From NCBI GenBank assembly GCA_025201805.1, contig MU619248.1, forward strand, positions 186,001 through 250,000: DNA of 64,000 bases. The letters are read 5' to 3'. A model generated the notes under the pieces. That model was not told where the DNA came from. It did not search any database and was given only the letters and a program-made list of their open reading frames with translations. Shown piece by piece: positions 1 to 12,423 of the stretch; the first letter of the stretch is position 1; each line of letters starts with the position of its first letter. This DNA comes from Parasitella parasitica NRRL 2501. Its lineage: Eukaryota > Fungi > Mucoromycota. Made by a program: the position numbers and the translations under genes.

Positions 1-88
1 CTTCTCTCATTTTCTGGAAAAAGATAATGAACAACACCTTAATCTTATTGCTATGGTAGCCTGGGAATTATAAGTAGATTCTCGAACT

Positions 89-707
89 GTGCTTGATCAC
101 CCCGAAAGAATACAAGAAATTGGACAGTTAGAAATGTGGAAAATGCTCTTTCTATTGGCGTGTAGTAAAGTTACTTTTATGCACGACATGTTTTCCTTTT
201 TTTTTTGTCAATTGCACGCTATCTTCAGAAGCATGAAAACAAGAGCTTTTATTTACTTGTCCAAAGTAGTGTGGGCTTTGAGCAAAGAATATATAGATTA
301 TGCTAAAAACTTTTGTGCAGTAGTTAGGCTCGACTCGATTAATAAGCATTAAAGAAAGAATCAAGTGAAAGACCCCCAGAAATAACTATATCAAAGGAAC
401 TTCTTCAAAGAGTTTGATAACGGTTCTTGTTAAACAATTTCAGGAACGAAAAGTTAGCTGCACTTGTCAAAGCTTGGAAAAAGAATATCAATGGTCGAAT
501 GCATTAAGTATTCAAATAGCCGTAGTTTGTGAAGGATGCACGTTTAAAAAATTAAGATTCAAAATTCGCTTTAAAATCGGTCTATTTGCGTCAAAAATGT
601 TGGATTTGATATTTTTCTCTTCACTTTTGCGTCGTTTGAAGGAACTAATTGATAGTCGAGAAAATGTAGCGCAAAAAAATCCCTTAGCTAGACACGATAA
701 AAATTGA
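89..707 (+). pseudogene. possible decayed ORF (Mucorales multi-copy hypothetical family relic)
   Basis: Two consecutive stop-interrupted + strand ORF pieces (89-352, 414-707) with protein-like composition (TFMHDMFSFFF...; IQIAVVCEG...LRRLKELID). No intact gene and no firm family assignment. Confidence 0.25.
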
Positions 708-917
708 AAATGGCTGAAAAATCTAATATATAACAAAGATGAAATACCGGTATGGTCATTGTAAAAGAAAAAATCATACGATTTTATGTATGAATAGAAT
801 TGCGATTGTAGCAATGGAACGTGTATGATTTTTAGATTTACAGACAAGAAATAAATAATAATAAAAATAAAATAAAAAATAAACTATATAATGATGATAT
901 GAATGATAGAACGTAAT

Positions 918-3900
918 TTAAAGAGTAAGGGTATCATTAGCGTGTGCGATATAAGACTGAATGCGTTTTTTACAACTAGCCAATAATGATTTTGTATACG
1001 GTGATTCCATATCTTGTGTAATTTGGTCGCGAAGTTCAGCAATATAGACTGAAAATTGACTTGCAAGCAATGTCTTGTTTTCATCTTGAATGTCGAGGGT
1101 TTTTGTAGTTGTTTGCTGTTTAGTAACTAAGGCTTTTAATGTTCTCAAATGAACAGACAATGTGGAGAGGACAAGGACGCTTGCTTCAAAGTTTTCATTA
1201 CAAAATTGAGTTGAAGTGGTTGCAATTTGTTCAATGCACTCACGAGAAGCAGATCTATACTTGGCAGCTTCTTTGAGAAACTGGGGGACTTGATCGGCAT
1301 TGGCATTGGTTTGCAAAGCAGAGGCGGCCTCCAACATGTGATAAATCATAGCATAATGACGACGCAACAGATTAGAAGAAAGATGACTAACAGTGGGGGA
1401 CTCGGCTCGGATGTATTCGGCAAGAGCATCTAAATGTTCCTGTTGAGCGTTATCGCTCAAAGATTCAAGGGCTAAACCAACACGAATCCACCATTGTAAC
1501 ATGCAACCAGGAGCAGTTGTTGTAGCAGAAACATAAAGTGGATGTTCGAGCTGCTTCTTGCTAAATACAGAACGAGAACCGTTTAAATAAGAGTACCAGC
1601 AGTCTTGAATGTTGCCAACCTGCTGCCAGTATAGAATCAAATCCAAAGGAGATGTAACATAAGGGAGTACAAATGAATAGAATACATTTCTGCAATTTTT
1701 TTCATTTGTGCTACCGACGAATCCGTTTCGGGACTCTAGCATCTGTAACACTTGTTGATGACAATTAACACTGAGCAATTGGTTTTTTGTGGTAACTTGT
1801 TGATCAGGCTCGATAGCTTGCTTTTGATCCTTGATAGCAGAAAACACTCGCTTCCAACAGAGCGGAGTAATATAGCAAGAGATAGACTTGGGCAAACAGA
1901 GTTCAAGCTGTAGAGCAGCAGTAGCGTACACTCGAGCCACCGTATTTTGTTCGCAATAAATGTCATGATTCTCATCGCGCTTCATCTTGTGTAATTGAGC
2001 GAACATGCTGACACAAGAATGAAACATGCCGAGCCGTGTTATACCTGGATTAGCTAATATATTTTTAAAAAAAAGGTGAGTACAGTCATAGAGCAATAGC
2101 GTGTATTCATAACGCATTTACCACCGAGACATTCAACTTCATTTAGACGAATCCAAGCACCTACATAAGTTAATTCTTCAGGGCAACCAACTGGTTTAGC
2201 ACGTTTGTGGAATACAACCAACAAGGGACGAGGAATGAGCAAAGAGAGGCTGTAGCGGATGATAGCGTAGACACAGGCCACTATGTCAAAAAGAGCAGCA
2301 CTATTGGGGTCGCACTTGACAACAGAGTATTTGTTGACGATGCAAACAAGATTTGTATAAAGTCGACTCCATGCAGTTGAAACCTCACTAGCGTAATGAT
2401 GGTGAGTGAGACATTTTTTGGGTCTGCTGATAGGACGGGGACGAAGCCATCTGAGAAGGATTGGAACGAGACAAATATAGATAATGCCAGAAGTATAAAC
2501 CAAATAACGAATGGTTTTCCTAGAAATTGTACATAACATCGTTAAACTTTGAAGCTAAAATATGAACAAAAGTTGTAGCTATTACCAGTAATCAGCCGGA
2601 ACTGATGCTGCTGAATCCAATGAACGGGAATCTGCGGTGGTAGTGCTTTGATAGATGTCATAAGTACTGCGATGATGAGATGAGGATGGATTACTTGAGG
2701 CAGATGGGGACAAAGAAAAGAGCGTTATGCACAGGAAAGCAGCCATAAACGTCTTGTTACCATTGCCGTCTTCATTAGGTGAGGATTTCTTGGAGGCAAC
2801 TTTAGTATTCTTTGACGATTGTCTACGGCGATAGGGTCTCCTTTCAGGTTTAGGCAGTAGTTGCGCCAAGGCAGCTCTTTGAGCAGCACGCTCACGCAAT
2901 ATGCGCTGCCTTTCAGCTTTTTCGCGTTCCTGAGCTTCACGACGTTCCTGGGCCAAACGGTCTTGTTCGAATCTCTCAAATTCGCTTTTCTGGCGTAAAA
3001 AATGAGCAAGGACATCATTTCCACCAGGCATTTGAGCAATGATTTGTTGAAGCATCATGTTTTCTTGCTCTGTAGAGTCATTTGTATTCTTAAGGAATTG
3101 AATATATTCAGTTGCTTTGCGTAAAATGGTAGCTTTGTTTAATTTTTTGGCGACTTCGACACCACCAACGATTTCTTCGCTGCCTTCTTCACCGCCGGAT
3201 TCAACGCTAGAGTTATCTTCGTCTCCCTTATCTCGGAGCCGCGCCTTGCACAACGCTGGTACAACGTTCTGTAGCTCTTGGATACGATCATTAATGTTAT
3301 TTCTGTATCTTCTTTCAATAGCGTTATGAGCTACTTTTTTCAATTGCTTTCCAGGCTCTAAGAAACGGTTGCGTTCTAAAAAGTTTGAGGTTGGTTGCTG
3401 CAATTGCTGATGCCTAGTCAATGTCTTTCTCCAGTTTCTTGTTTCGTGCTGATTTGTATCTAATGGGTGAACGCCATTTGATTCTACAATAAATGTTAAT
3501 AAAAGAAAAGAACGTATTTGGCATACAAATTAGCATGATTACCTTTGAATTGGCTCCATTGATCAATTGCTATAAATGCCCCTGAAAACATATTGTCTTC
3601 CAATGGAGGTGATGGTAGATTCGAGGAACTAGGTACATTTTCAGTAGTGGGTGTTGTTGGAATGTTTATCCCTGGTACGTTGTGAAGATGAGATGAGAAC
3701 ATGGGCTTTTTCCCAAAGAAACCAGCAAGTGCTTTACTTGCTTCATCCTGTATATGCTGATTATATGAATAAAGTGGAGGGCTATCTACCATTTGGGGAG
3801 ATAACGAGTTTGATGTGTATCCATCTGAAGACGGTTGAGGTGAATTTAACGGCGACATTTGCATTGTAGATTGGTTGCTCTGTGGCTGCGGTGTCAAATT

Positions 3901-4143
3901 CCAGTCAAATATGTCAAAGTTCTGCTGTTCCTGGTTATATTGATGATACAATTGCCTATTTGTGTTGACATTGCTTCCATTCAATAACGCATTAATGGAT
4001 GTTGGTTGTTGTTGCTCTTGTTGTTGATCATTATGATATAGAATATCACGGGGATTCTGTTGTTGTTGTTGAGGCGGTTGTTGATTTGACGATGCCACAT
4101 CAAAATATGTGTCAAAATCCAAATCTGTCAAATCTTGGAGCAT
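918..4143 (-). CDS. SREBP-family membrane-bound bHLH transcription factor (Sre1/SrbA-like), multi-exon
   Basis: Q/S/P-rich N-terminus (3496-4143). bHLH KKVAHNAIERRYRNNINDRIQEL...KLNKATILRKATEYI has the SREBP-diagnostic Tyr. Hydrophobic segments FMAAFLCITLFSL and YLVYTSGIIYICLVPILL, then a long C-terminal domain (918-2066). Short GT-AG introns join the ORFs, e.g. GTAATC near 3541 to TGTAG near 3485. Confidence 0.85.
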
Positions 4144-7100
4144 ATTCTATGAAGAATAGTGGTAAAAATAAAATAAAATTAAAATCTATAGAAAAAAAAA
4201 GAGAAAAGAAACAAGATATATCCAGATTAAACTGATTAATCTTTATATGTGCATTTAGCAGTTGGTTCTTTCAGAGAAACTGGGGTAATACACACAACAG
4301 GCCACTTTTTTTAGAGATTATATTTTAAGCATAAGTGGAAAATGACGATTTGATTGGTAGACAAATCCTCACCTCATTTTGTTTTTTCATGTTAAAGGGC
4401 GTCTGGAGCTTGATATATTTGTATCAGAATACAAATACTGTACCATAACAAGTATGCGTGAATATCCCAGCTCTGTTTGTTATAAACTTAAAAATCAAAT
4501 GGTTTATAACCATCTACAAGGAAATTCAGTTGCCCTTTTACGTTAAGCCTATTACTTACTCTATGACATATTCTCTCTTTTTATCTTCTTAACATTTTTC
4601 ACATTGTATGCGTCTAGACACTGAATAACATATCCTTATTTTTTTTCAAAGGAATGATCTGATATTTACGTTCCACAAAAAGCATTGCTACCAGTAGGAG
4701 AATCAACAAAAGAGAAAAAGAAAAATGGTAAATGAATTTTCCAGAGAATGAACTGTCTTTGGGAATAGTAATTAGGAACCCTCTAGATGATCTGCCCCAT
4801 TTTTATGTTTTCTATCGTCTTACACATCACTGGAAATTATTGCCATATGTATGATACCTCTTGTTATTTGAGAGTTTATAATATTTAAAATAACAACGCG
4901 TTTGCTTAATCATAATGACAAAAGTCGGATAGAATGTTCTAAAATCAAAAATAACATTTTGCCGACAAAAGAACATTAAATTGGGAATTATCAACAATGA
5001 TCGTATAAAACTGTATAGCCTTGACACAAATGTTGCACACAATTAGTTGATGAGTATTAAGTCGGGGACATTCTTGTAACAAAAAGGAATGTACAAATGT
5101 GAGCACACTCGCTTTTCGTCAGATTCCTGGAAAAGTTTATTTATCTACTTGAATGCATTTCGGTAATCAAACGATCTTAAAAATACAAAGTACATGTAGT
5201 GCTAATTAATTGCTATCCATGTATTGCTATATTATGTGATTCTCTTCAGTTCTTGTTAAGTTCTATAAAATGCGAAGGCTTTATTTCTGTGAGATTACCA
5301 TGGAAGAAGCTTTTTGTGCTTCTTTCTTCTAGAGTAAATTTTTTAGTTGAAGCAAGTTTCCATTAGTGTGCACTCTCAAGTTACAAACATTTTCACAAAA
5401 TGTCAATCAACAACAAAGATACCAGATTCAGTCCTGACTTCGATAAATAATTGTTGATACTTTCAAGAGGCAGAATACACACCATACATCGAGATGCTTT
5501 TCTGAAATTTCACATCTTAATTTCAAGTAGCTATTTACAGCTACTCTAAACATCTACTTTGCGCAATTTTGTTCATCAGCATCATATAAGCAGCCCCATT
5601 ATTGCAGCAATAATAACAAAACAAAGAAAATCATGTGGAGCTTGTTATTAAAAACAACATACGTTTTTTTTCTTTCTAATGTGATAATTGCTCTTCAAAC
5701 GATCAGTAATTGCTCAGCAATACTACGTTTAAACGCTGAACTGGACATGAAACAGGCGTGAATGTGCTATTAAAAAAGTATTGGATGTAAACCTTCATTT
5801 AATATAATCCCGCTCACAGAAAGTGTCTACAACATGGATCGTTTATCGATCTAATTATTTAATAGCTTGGAAACAAATGTAAATTTCCCACCATCCTGCC
5901 ACTAGCTAAATAAGATGGATGATGGAAATTCCAAAACCAGAGGGTTGGAATTTTTAATGGCGCTATATCATCAATATCTCTAAAATACTAACAAATATGC
6001 ATTAATATTAAGAGTGCATCTGTGGACAATTATACGCTCATTGAAGATATAACCTTTCAAGGAAATTTTCTGTGTAGACAGTAGATCAGCCTTTCTAATC
6101 CCTGGTCAACGCTTGGTCAAAAAGCTTAATGAGGTTTCTACTTTTGAGACAATCTAAGACACTTTATATCTCCCAAAGTAAAAAAAAAAAAACCTCTCAC
6201 TAATTCCAGACGTGAAATCTGCAACAGTATTCATGACTAAAATTAAAACGCTGCAAAGAACATTCGCGGCAATTTGGCGTATGACTTTGCAAAACAACTA
6301 ATGTCCCTTTTGCTATAGACATCCTGATTGATGTATTTGTCTACGTATTACCGCTTTCTAACGACATAAATACTTGTTTGCTCAACTTCTTCAAACAACA
6401 AATAGATCTTTTATGTATTAAAGCGTTTGAATCTTGCATTAAAACACGGATACAGTCTGTGACCCTGACTCTAATTAATCGAAAAGCTTGAAAATGAAGA
6501 CTGCCGAGAAAATCTGAGTAATGACAGGATGCAGTACATTTCTTTCAGTCTACTGTATATTTAATAGGTAGTGCAGATCAAATTATCATGATAGTACCTG
6601 AAACTACCGAAAATTAAAGTTCATCAGCAAAGGTAAACTGCCCCATTACAGAGAAAAGATAAAGCAAACAAATAAAAGAGCACATTGATTGTCTTTAATA
6701 AAGTACTATCATATGAAGTCAAATGTTGAAGAAATTTGTTTTATGTTGTGGTTAATTTTTTAACTGTACCTCTCAAACAGAAAAGATCTAAATACAAAAA
6801 AGAAGGTAGTATGTAGCAAAGGGATCGAAAAAATTACTTTTCGACGTTTCCACGTCTTTCGAGAAATATATAATAAACTCTATAGTTGATGGATTTCAAC
6901 ATACAAAAATACACCTGCATTCGGAGTACGAGTGCTATCACGTTATGAGTATTAACGAACGAAACGTTTCTCTCCAAAAAGACCATCAGTGTTTACTGAT
7001 CTACATGTTTTATGCAATGTTTGGAGGATCTTTTGTTTGATCTGACATGAAATCACGGCTGTTTTTGCTGGGCGTTGCATTTTTATTATTGTTTTCGTGT

Positions 7101-7423
7101 ATATGGGTCTATGGTCTCACGCAGTATTACCATCAATACTGTCTGTTTACAACAGGTGCATGTATTACGATAAATACTATATTATTTTTTCTTGAGCTTC
7201 ATATACACAGGAACCTGCTCCTTCTCTCTTGCAACTTGAGTGTTTGTTCTCCTTGGACCCCTTGATTTGCCCTCTCCTCGTTTTTCTCTTTCATAATGTG
7301 GTCCCTCAATTGTGTAAAATTGTACATATATAAATATAAATATGAGTTTATTATTATACGATAAGAATGACAATACATATCTTTTATAGAAGTTATTAAA
7401 TAAGCAGAAATGACAGAATTGCC

Positions 7424-8515
7424 TTACTGCTTGTTGGTATTCATGTCGATGACCTGGTGAGCTGGTTCCGTTGTATCTGCAGTGCTATGCTTCTCTCCCT
7501 CACAAACATTGACTTTTTCTTCTTGGTTGTTAGGATAGTTGCTAGGGGTTTCAAACTCATCAGCATCAACACCAGCACCATCGTAGTCAGTGTCGTGTAA
7601 ATTGACTTGAGGGTCATACATTTCAATTCTGACACGCTGTTGAGAATCGTAAGAGTAATAATTTGCTTGCTTCTCATCTGACAATACACCAGCATTATCG
7701 ATTAATGTGTTTGAAGGAGAGATTTGTTGGTTATTAGTGGTGTTAGGTAAAGGTGGATGATCTAATTGCTGCTGAAATTCACCTGCAACAAGACTCGGAC
7801 TGAATGCAAGTTGAGGAGAGTATTGAGACTTGAGCATAGAGAGCGAGTGTTCGTCGACCAATGTATCCGCAGTCAGTCTCTTCTCTCGCTTGGATGTGAT
7901 GGTGGTGGTATAGGCGGGAGGAGGTTGTAGCATGTGGATTGACTTCTTTTCCTCTTCCAACGGAAGATTGGCAGCAGCTGTATTGATTGTGCTACAACTG
8001 GCCCAGCTTGCATATTTATTGTTTGTGAGAGGTTGATTACGGCGAGAAGACGAGTGATCAACCTCACGACGTTTCGTTACTCTTGGTGATAGTTTATATT
8101 TACGGCGACGTATGAAGAATATGATTGCAATGATCAAGACCCCCACTGCACCCAATACGCCCAACAAGGGAGCCAACCATGATACGCTATTGTTATCATC
8201 TACCTTATTGTCAAAAGAACTTTCACGAAGAGGTGGAGGAGGATTGATGAATGGAGGTAGTCTTGCAATGACTGGAGATGGCATTGAAGATGCGAAAGCA
8301 CTGTTGCTTAAACTTGTGCTATGTTGATTATGGGTTGGTACAACTGCAGCTGTTTGTACCATCTTCAATGATTTGGTGGCAGCAGCAGTGGCAACGGCTG
8401 ATCCCTTTTTTGAGCTACTATTGATAGTAGCTGTAGCTACTGCTAGAGTATTAACAACCTGTGGTGTTACATAAAAAGCATGGATTGGAGGATGTCCAGG
8501 TTGAATATGAGACAT
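7424..8515 (-). CDS. single-pass membrane protein, S/T/P/A-rich N-terminus, unknown function
   Basis: 363-aa ORF with TM helix WLAPLLGVLGAVGVLIIAIIFFI followed by RRRK, a PPAY motif and an acidic tail. Confidence 0.7.
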   Translation of the reverse strand: MSHIQPGHPPIHAFYVTPQVVNTLAVATATINSSSKKGSAVATAAATKSLKMVQTAAVVPTHNQHSTSLSNSAFASSMPSPVIARLPPFINPPPPLRESSFDNKVDDNNSVSWLAPLLGVLGAVGVLIIAIIFFIRRRKYKLSPRVTKRREVDHSSSRRNQPLTNNKYASWASCSTINTAAANLPLEEEKKSIHMLQPPPAYTTTITSKREKRLTADTLVDEHSLSMLKSQYSPQLAFSPSLVAGEFQQQLDHPPLPNTTNNQQISPSNTLIDNAGVLSDEKQANYYSYDSQQRVRIEMYDPQVNLHDTDYDGAGVDADEFETPSNYPNNQEEKVNVCEGEKHSTADTTEPAHQVIDMNTNKQ

Positions 8516-8843
8516 TTTTTCCAGAAGAAAGAAAATAAAGAGAAAGTGAGAAGAAACGATGCAGTCTGTTTTTATATTATTTTATCATTTTATAATTGCA
8601 TAACATGCATGCCTCTTGTGTGTGTGTTTTTTTTACTACTTGTCAGGGCATCTTGTTTCTAAACAAACGTACAAAAATGTCGACCCCTTTGTAAGCATTT
8701 GGGATTGCTCGAGAGTAGCTCCAAGGTGTTTGAAATTTATCAGATGAGAAAATATTACTAAAAATGCATTTTTCACCCTTCCACACTCTCTCTCATTCAC
8801 TCTCTTTTTTTCTCTTGAAAAACATAAAGCCTACAGATAGAAT

Positions 8844-9449
8844 ATGACCATATCAGAAGAAAATACAAAGAAAAAAGCCAAACTGGAGATCCAGCAAGAT
8901 GGAAAGGGGCAAGAAAAACATCCATCCTCTACAACACCAGTAACTACACCACCATCCCCATCATCAACAACAAAAAATCAAACAGCGGATACCTTGCTGA
9001 TAACACCATTGAATATAAGCAACTTACCAGCCAGTATCTTGCAGCATCTACACCAACAAAATCTAGGAAACGTAATCACTAGTTTTACTACAGCACATGA
9101 CGATAGTCATGACTCTGACGAAAGCACACCTACACTGATACCATCTATAGCAGCAGCTAGTTTAATAGACACCAACAAAGTAAACAACAAAAACTTGACG
9201 GCGGACGAAAGGAGACAGCGAAGATTATGGAGAAATCGAGTTGCAGCCAAGGAATGTCGCAAGAAAAAGAAATTATATGTACATGAATTGAAGGAGACTA
9301 TTTCAAGATTGGAGAACGAAAATTTAGCGTTACTCAAACAAGCTGATGATATCAAGATGAAGTTGGCGAAAAAAGATCAAGAGCAGCATGAAAATTTTAA
9401 GCTAATGAAACAGGTTGAAGAGCTGAACGCTAAGCTTGGGAATATCTAA
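8844..9449 (+). CDS. bZIP transcription factor, CREB/ATF-like
   Basis: Basic region RRQRRLWRNRVAAKECRKKKKLYV followed by a leucine zipper (L..ISRLENENLALLKQ). Confidence 0.88.
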   Translation: MTISEENTKKKAKLEIQQDGKGQEKHPSSTTPVTTPPSPSSTTKNQTADTLLITPLNISNLPASILQHLHQQNLGNVITSFTTAHDDSHDSDESTPTLIPSIAAASLIDTNKVNNKNLTADERRQRRLWRNRVAAKECRKKKKLYVHELKETISRLENENLALLKQADDIKMKLAKKDQEQHENFKLMKQVEELNAKLGNI

Positions 9450-9554
9450 TTTTTCAGCAAAGCCTCACCATCTCAATAAAATCATTTTTGTGAATTAAAA
9501 AAGTCGGTTTCTATATTTACTTGTGCTTTGCGGGAGTATATAGAGTATAAATTT

Positions 9555-9709
9555 GAAGCCGGTTCTTGGTAGATCACCTGGAGAAACACTATGACTAGCA
9601 TCCTTTTGTAGTATATATAGTGAGATCAATCCCTTAAACCAACCGGAGCCTTCAGCCATAATACACCTGGGCCCAGGATGGTGGTAACTGCTCAATGTAA
9701 AAATTTGGA
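9555..9709 (+). ncRNA. candidate structured ncRNA (unassigned)
   Basis: GC-richer island folding into a long hairpin 9555-9653 (GAAG/CTTC, CCGG/CCGG, TTGGT/ACCAA, GATC/GATC, CACTATG/TATAGTG, ACTA/TAGT). Then ATAATA, a second small hairpin and an Sm-like AATTTGGA (9702-9709). TATA-like sequence upstream. Confidence 0.25.
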
Positions 9710-10020
9710 ATTTTATTGTTTGTAATAATTGATTAATATAGACCTTCAAAGACTCGTCGTTCCTGTCCTAAAAAGTTTAAACAAGAATTCGAACTGTCCT
9801 TTTTAGTACAATGCTAAAATATTTATTTGATAAATCGTATTTGCATCTACTTTTGCTGCTTACGATATTTCAAGTCTCTCCACTTCTGGAGCAACCAAAG
9901 CTTAGAGATAATGTGTTTTGGGCTTTGCTATTATAATCAGTATGTTTATCTTGTATTGCGGTTTGTGCCACACTGTATTTTTGCTACTATTAATACACGG
10001 ACCTCCGTTTGAAATGCAAA

Positions 10021-10030
10021 NNNNNNNNNN
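10021..10030. other. assembly gap (10 N) next to poly-A
   Basis: Run of N. Confidence 0.99.
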
Positions 10031-10143
10031 AAAAAAAAAAAAAAAAACCTTATAAAAGAAGGACCCTTCAAAATGTGATCCTTTAATTCCACATTTCTTC
10101 TTTTTCTTCTTTTCCTCCTGCAAAAAAAACGCATATAGAAAAA

Positions 10144-11565
10144 ATGTTGCGCTCACCAAAGTTTGTCTTGGCTACGTGCTTGATGGCATTGGTTTTGACC
10201 ATATCTCTAGTCGTCTATACATCCACGCAAACGATGAGCGTTCAGTTGCAGTTTAATATAAGCCCCGTCAACCCCACACCCACAACATCATTGCACAGCA
10301 CAGAAAAAAAGGAGGAGAAATACATTACATTTTTACCTCATTCCGGTCTTCACAACCAGCGCATTGGCCTTATCAATGCAATGGTCTTGGCCAAAGCACT
10401 CGACCGTACCCTACTTCTTCCTGACATGAACATTGGAACGGCTGTGTGGTGGAGAGCTACCCCAGATTCTGAATTTCGTCTCGGGGAATGTACCAATATT
10501 CAACGGCGAGCAAACTCCATTTGCAAAGACTTTAAAAAATATCTGCCCGTTTCGGTTGAATCCATCTTTGATTTGTCTGCTGTCCATGCTGCTGGTATCC
10601 GCACTGTTCAACGCTCAAGCATGTCATCAGGCTACTTTCAAGACGTATTAGGTGCTTCTGAGCAAGACATTTACCGCTTGAATGACAATACTCGCTACTC
10701 TTATCGCATTTACGACTCCAAGGACAACTATGATGACATCCGCACATTCGAGCATCGTCTTGATATGGAAGATTTGCGCCAAAGAGAAGAAAAGATCATG
10801 GTATTCGGATCTTTGCATTACACGCTGCGTCTCGCTCTTCAAGATCCTTATCTGATCTGGTTAGCCCAGCATTTGAGAGAAGAAACAAACTTTGCTCATC
10901 CCATAGTCGTGCGTCAGGCTCTCAGTGTGATCCCATTGTTGGGCGGCCCTGGCAACTTTGTAGGCGTTCATTTGAGACAGGGAGATGGATTTTTCAGGGC
11001 ACTGCAGGACGAAACGTTAAATACACTTCGAGCCACATTAGAGCAAACTAACTTGAATCAAGAGCAGCTGGAGCAAATCAAATTACAACAAGGGCCTTTA
11101 CCGCTTGTAAATACACCTCTTTCAGTCCAAGATGAGGAGCGCATTGCCATCCTCAAAGACATTGACAACAGCTCTTTGGACAAGACGGAACTATTGAACC
11201 AATGTATCGCTTGGCATAGCACAGAGAATCATCCAAGATTACGTCTTATCTACATGGCAACTGACACACGCCAGCCTCGTACAACGCTAAAAGCACTCTA
11301 TGACGAATTTCCATGTATCTTTACGCTTTCCGATTTCCCACAAGTGATTGAAAGTACATTAACCATGTCGCCTATGCTTACGGGTAATCAGCTTATCGAC
11401 GATGAAATGACTCTTTTAGATGCAAGGATTGCTCCTCTTTTGTTTCCAATGATTGATGCTGAAATTGCTTCTCATGGCTCTACTTTTATTGGCACAAGGA
11501 AGAGCACGTTCTCTCAGTACATCAACCACCAGTACAACAGATTCCGTAAGATGTATCCCCATTAG
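10144..11565 (+). CDS. GDP-fucose O-fucosyltransferase-like protein (CigA-like), type II membrane
   Basis: N-terminal signal anchor. Motifs YITFLPHSGLHNQRIGLINAMVLAKALDRTLLLP, FVGVHLRQGD, IYMATD and IDAEIASHGSTFIGTRKSTFS are typical of O-FucT GT-B enzymes. Intronless, 473 aa. Confidence 0.8.
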   Translation: MLRSPKFVLATCLMALVLTISLVVYTSTQTMSVQLQFNISPVNPTPTTSLHSTEKKEEKYITFLPHSGLHNQRIGLINAMVLAKALDRTLLLPDMNIGTAVWWRATPDSEFRLGECTNIQRRANSICKDFKKYLPVSVESIFDLSAVHAAGIRTVQRSSMSSGYFQDVLGASEQDIYRLNDNTRYSYRIYDSKDNYDDIRTFEHRLDMEDLRQREEKIMVFGSLHYTLRLALQDPYLIWLAQHLREETNFAHPIVVRQALSVIPLLGGPGNFVGVHLRQGDGFFRALQDETLNTLRATLEQTNLNQEQLEQIKLQQGPLPLVNTPLSVQDEERIAILKDIDNSSLDKTELLNQCIAWHSTENHPRLRLIYMATDTRQPRTTLKALYDEFPCIFTLSDFPQVIESTLTMSPMLTGNQLIDDEMTLLDARIAPLLFPMIDAEIASHGSTFIGTRKSTFSQYINHQYNRFRKMYPH

Positions 11566-12258
11566 ACAGTACTTTATTATTTATTATACATATCTTTTAC
11601 ATAGCACACACACATTCAATAATCTGTTATATATTTAAGCACCCATCCCATTCATTCCACATTTCATCTCCATATATACTTTATAGATGGAAAAAAAATA
11701 GAACAACCTTTTTTTAGACCGTGTGCTACACTCTGGTTTGATGATAGGTCAAGTTTTTCTATTCTTCTATTTTTAAAAATGCACTGTTCATACTTGTACA
11801 TTACTTAGCAAAGCCCAATAAAAAACAATGATAATACTTCAGCCTGAAAAAAAAAAAAGCATGCATATTAAAAATCGATTTTTATAAGCCCTATTCTATT
11901 GATAACATGATGCAAAAGCTTGGTCATTTGGCTGATAATTATGTATCAAATGCTCTTTTCTTGCGTGCGACTAGCCTCTTTTTTAGTCGTGTAACCGAAC
12001 AACAATAACTATCCTAAAGCGGCACTGTAAATGTAATGATAACAGTGTATAGTAACACAGTTTTTCAGTTACATTTGAGACTGATAGAAATTTTAAAAAA
12101 TGGACTAGGTTAACTATATTCCGGGCCAAAGCTACGGTAGTTTTATGATAGAGAGAATGAAAGTTGATGAGGTTACTGTTGAGTTCAGCGACATTGAGAT
12201 GCTCAGGGGAAATGAGTACCTCGTAAAAGATATTTCTCAAAGCGCAAAAGATAAGAAA

Positions 12259-12423
12259 ATGGTTTTAGAGCTGGAGGAAATGACTATTACTAAAGCCAAA
12301 ACATTTAAATAGTATGGGCCTGGGCAAATTGCACGCTTTATTCACATACAGTATTTAGAGGAAACAGAAGCCACTGTATCAAAAGCGGCTGAAGCTCGTG
12401 GCATTATTCAGAAACCCGGTTAA
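12259..12423 (+). pseudogene. relic of IS630/Tc1-like transposase N-terminal HTH region
   Basis: Translates MVLELEEMTITKAKTFK*YGPGQIARFIHIQYLEETEATVSKAAEARGII, recalling the YxxYGPxQIxRFI...SVxKAAxxxGI N-terminus of Mucorales Tc1-like transposases. In-frame stop; no DDE domain follows. Confidence 0.45.

Noticed and set aside
5230-5520. Possible decayed - strand coding frame
   Set aside because: Multiple stops and no recognisable motif; cannot be supported.
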